Notes under the pieces: generated by a model
Told to the model about the DNA's origin: nothing
Databases searched by the model: none
What the model saw: only the letters and a program-made list of their open reading frames with translations
Shown here: positions 18,304-20,000 of the stretch, in pieces
How the letters are laid out: every line of letters starts with the position of its first letter
How positions within the stretch are numbered: position 1 is the stretch's first letter
Program-made: the position numbers and the translations under genes
Assembly: GCF_004010195.1 (NCBI RefSeq)
Contig: NC_057752.1
Span: 12,204,517 to 12,224,516, forward strand
Length of the DNA: 20,000 nt
Reading direction: 5' to 3'
Source: Chiloscyllium plagiosum
Taxonomy: Eukaryota

Positions 18304-20000
18304 ATGGTTGATCAGTCGGTTAAGTGGTGCACCTGGAATGTCAAGGGGAGTGATTCACCAATGAAAAGGAAGAAAATATTATCAAACCTCAAGAAAGAAA
18401 GGGTTGATATAGCTCTCCTACAGGAGACACACTTATTGGATAAAGAACACTTGAAATTACGACAGGGTGGATTTGATCAGGCCTNNNNNNNNNNNNNNNN
18501 NNNNNNNNNNNNNNNNNNNNNNNNNNNNNNNNNNNNNNNNNNNNNNNNNNNNNNNNNNNNNNNNNNNNNNNNNNNNNNNNNNNNNNNNNNNNNNNNNNNN
18601 NNNNNNNNNNNNNNNNNNNNNNNNNNNNNNNNNNNNNNNNNNNNNNNNNNNNNNNNNNNNNNNNNNNNNNNNNNNNNNNNNNNNNNNNNNNNNNNNNNNT
18701 CGATATGTTTTTTTGCCCCCTCGATTTTTTAAAATTCCATATCATCCTGTAAAATAGGCAGTATAGCAATTTCAGATCATGCTGCTGTATATATGGAAAT
18801 CAAGGTGAGGAACAATGAGACATCCCCCCGGCAATGGCGTATGGACCCCTTCCTGATGAAAGATAGTAAATTTGTAAAGTACTTCCCTCAAGAAATTAAA
18901 ACTTTTTTAGAAATTAATTTAGGTACGGCTAGCAACCCATCAATGATGTGGGAGACCATCAAAGCTTACGCGCGAGGTTTGATCATCTCATACTCAGCGA
19001 CCCAGAAAAAATTAAAGGGAGAACAAGAGTGTCTGCTCGAAGCTCGCTTAAAAGCGGCTGAAACAGCATATGCTGACAGACCTTCTATTATCAAATTACA
19101 AAGGATTACGGCCCTTAGGACAGCTCTAAACATCACGCTTACCCAAATGGCTAAGAGGGAAATATTATTTGCAAAACAAAGGTTATATGAATTTGGCGAT
19201 AAGCCAGGTAGATACTTAGCATTTCTTGCAAAGAAAAAGAAGGCCCCTCAAACTATTACGTCTATCAAGGAAAGTACGGGTATTCTGACTCATGATCATA
19301 AAAGGATTAACGCAATCTTTAGAAAATTTTATTCTGATTTATATAAATCGCAGGATTGTGAAGACAGGACTAGGAGGATGCAATCATTTTTTAAAAATGT
19401 GACCTTTCCGGACCTAACTCCGGAACAGGTATCGGTCTTGAATCTTCCCCTAACAATCCAAGAAATACTTGATGCAATCAAGCAACTTCAGAGCGGTAAG
19501 GCACCTGGCCCAGATGGCTTTCAAGCTGAATTCTATAAAGAATTTACAGGAATATTGGCTGGTCCACTTATGGACATGGAAAACTACTCATACAGTCAGG
19601 GCTATCTCCCGCCTTCGCTGAAAGAGGCAAATATCTCTCTTATCCTTAAAAAAGGAAAGGACCCAGAAGATTGCGCATCATACAGACCAATATCCTTGCT
19701 AAATGTAGATTTTAAAATCCTCTCTAAAACGTTAGCATTGAGGCTAGAAAAGGTATTGCCACATATCATAAAGGAGGATCAGATGGGATTTATTAAGGGC
19801 TGTAATCATCCAATAATGTTAGAAGGGTTTTGAATGTGATTCAAGCCTGCCATCAGGGAAAGATACCAGAAGTAGTAGTCTCATTAGATGCAGAAAAGGC
19901 ATTCGACAGGGTTGAATGGTCATATTTGTTTTACACATTGGAAAGGTTTGGCGTTGGAAAGGTGTTTACCAAATGGGTCTCAACACTGTATACTGATCCC
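18304..20000 (+). pseudogene. L1 ORF2p (APE endonuclease and reverse transcriptase), partial and disrupted
   Basis: [76 protein letters not shown]. In-frame stop at 18730-18732, frameshift near 19805, Ns at 18485-18699. Confidence 0.95.

Larger units (their letters stand above)
15885..20000 (+). mobile_element. 5'-complete L1-clade LINE (5' UTR, ORF1, long inter-ORF spacer, ORF2), inactive, continuing beyond the window
   Basis: Starts GGGGGGATCCAAGATGGCGGC exactly where Rex1 homology ends. ORF1 and APE-RT ORF2 as listed below. Confidence 0.92.

Noticed and set aside
1..20000. CRISPR array, operon or prokaryotic defence system
   Set aside because: No regularly spaced repeats or dense gene organisation. 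All recognisable content is vertebrate transposable-element sequence.

Overview
Repeat-dense vertebrate genomic DNA, almost certainly from a cartilaginous fish (two HE1/V-SINE-type SINEs plus shark-type CR1, L1, Rex1 and Penelope-like elements). There are two assembly gaps (12291-12571, 18485-18699) and no intact cellular gene. Most of the window is nested, decayed retroelements: CR1 LINEs, a second CR1/L2-type LINE with a tail-sharing SINE, two Penelope-like (PLE) remnants, a Gypsy integrase with 3' LTR, a solo LTR, a Rex1 RT fragment, Harbinger-type Myb/SANT remnants, and a 5'-complete L1 running off the right edge. Highlights: (1) two homologous ~180-240 bp fold-back insertions with 15-16 bp target-site duplications that carry hammerhead-ribozyme motifs, one of them in both polarities; (2) a core-intact minimal hammerhead on a GIY-YIG Penelope fragment; (3) a decayed class-I-fusion/env-like gene followed by a PPT and an LTR, missed by the ORF track; (4) two independent CR1 insertions at nearly the same nucleotide in two copies of one host LINE; (5) two weak, phase-compatible minus-strand candidate exons. 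Family names come from motif recognition by eye, not database searches.
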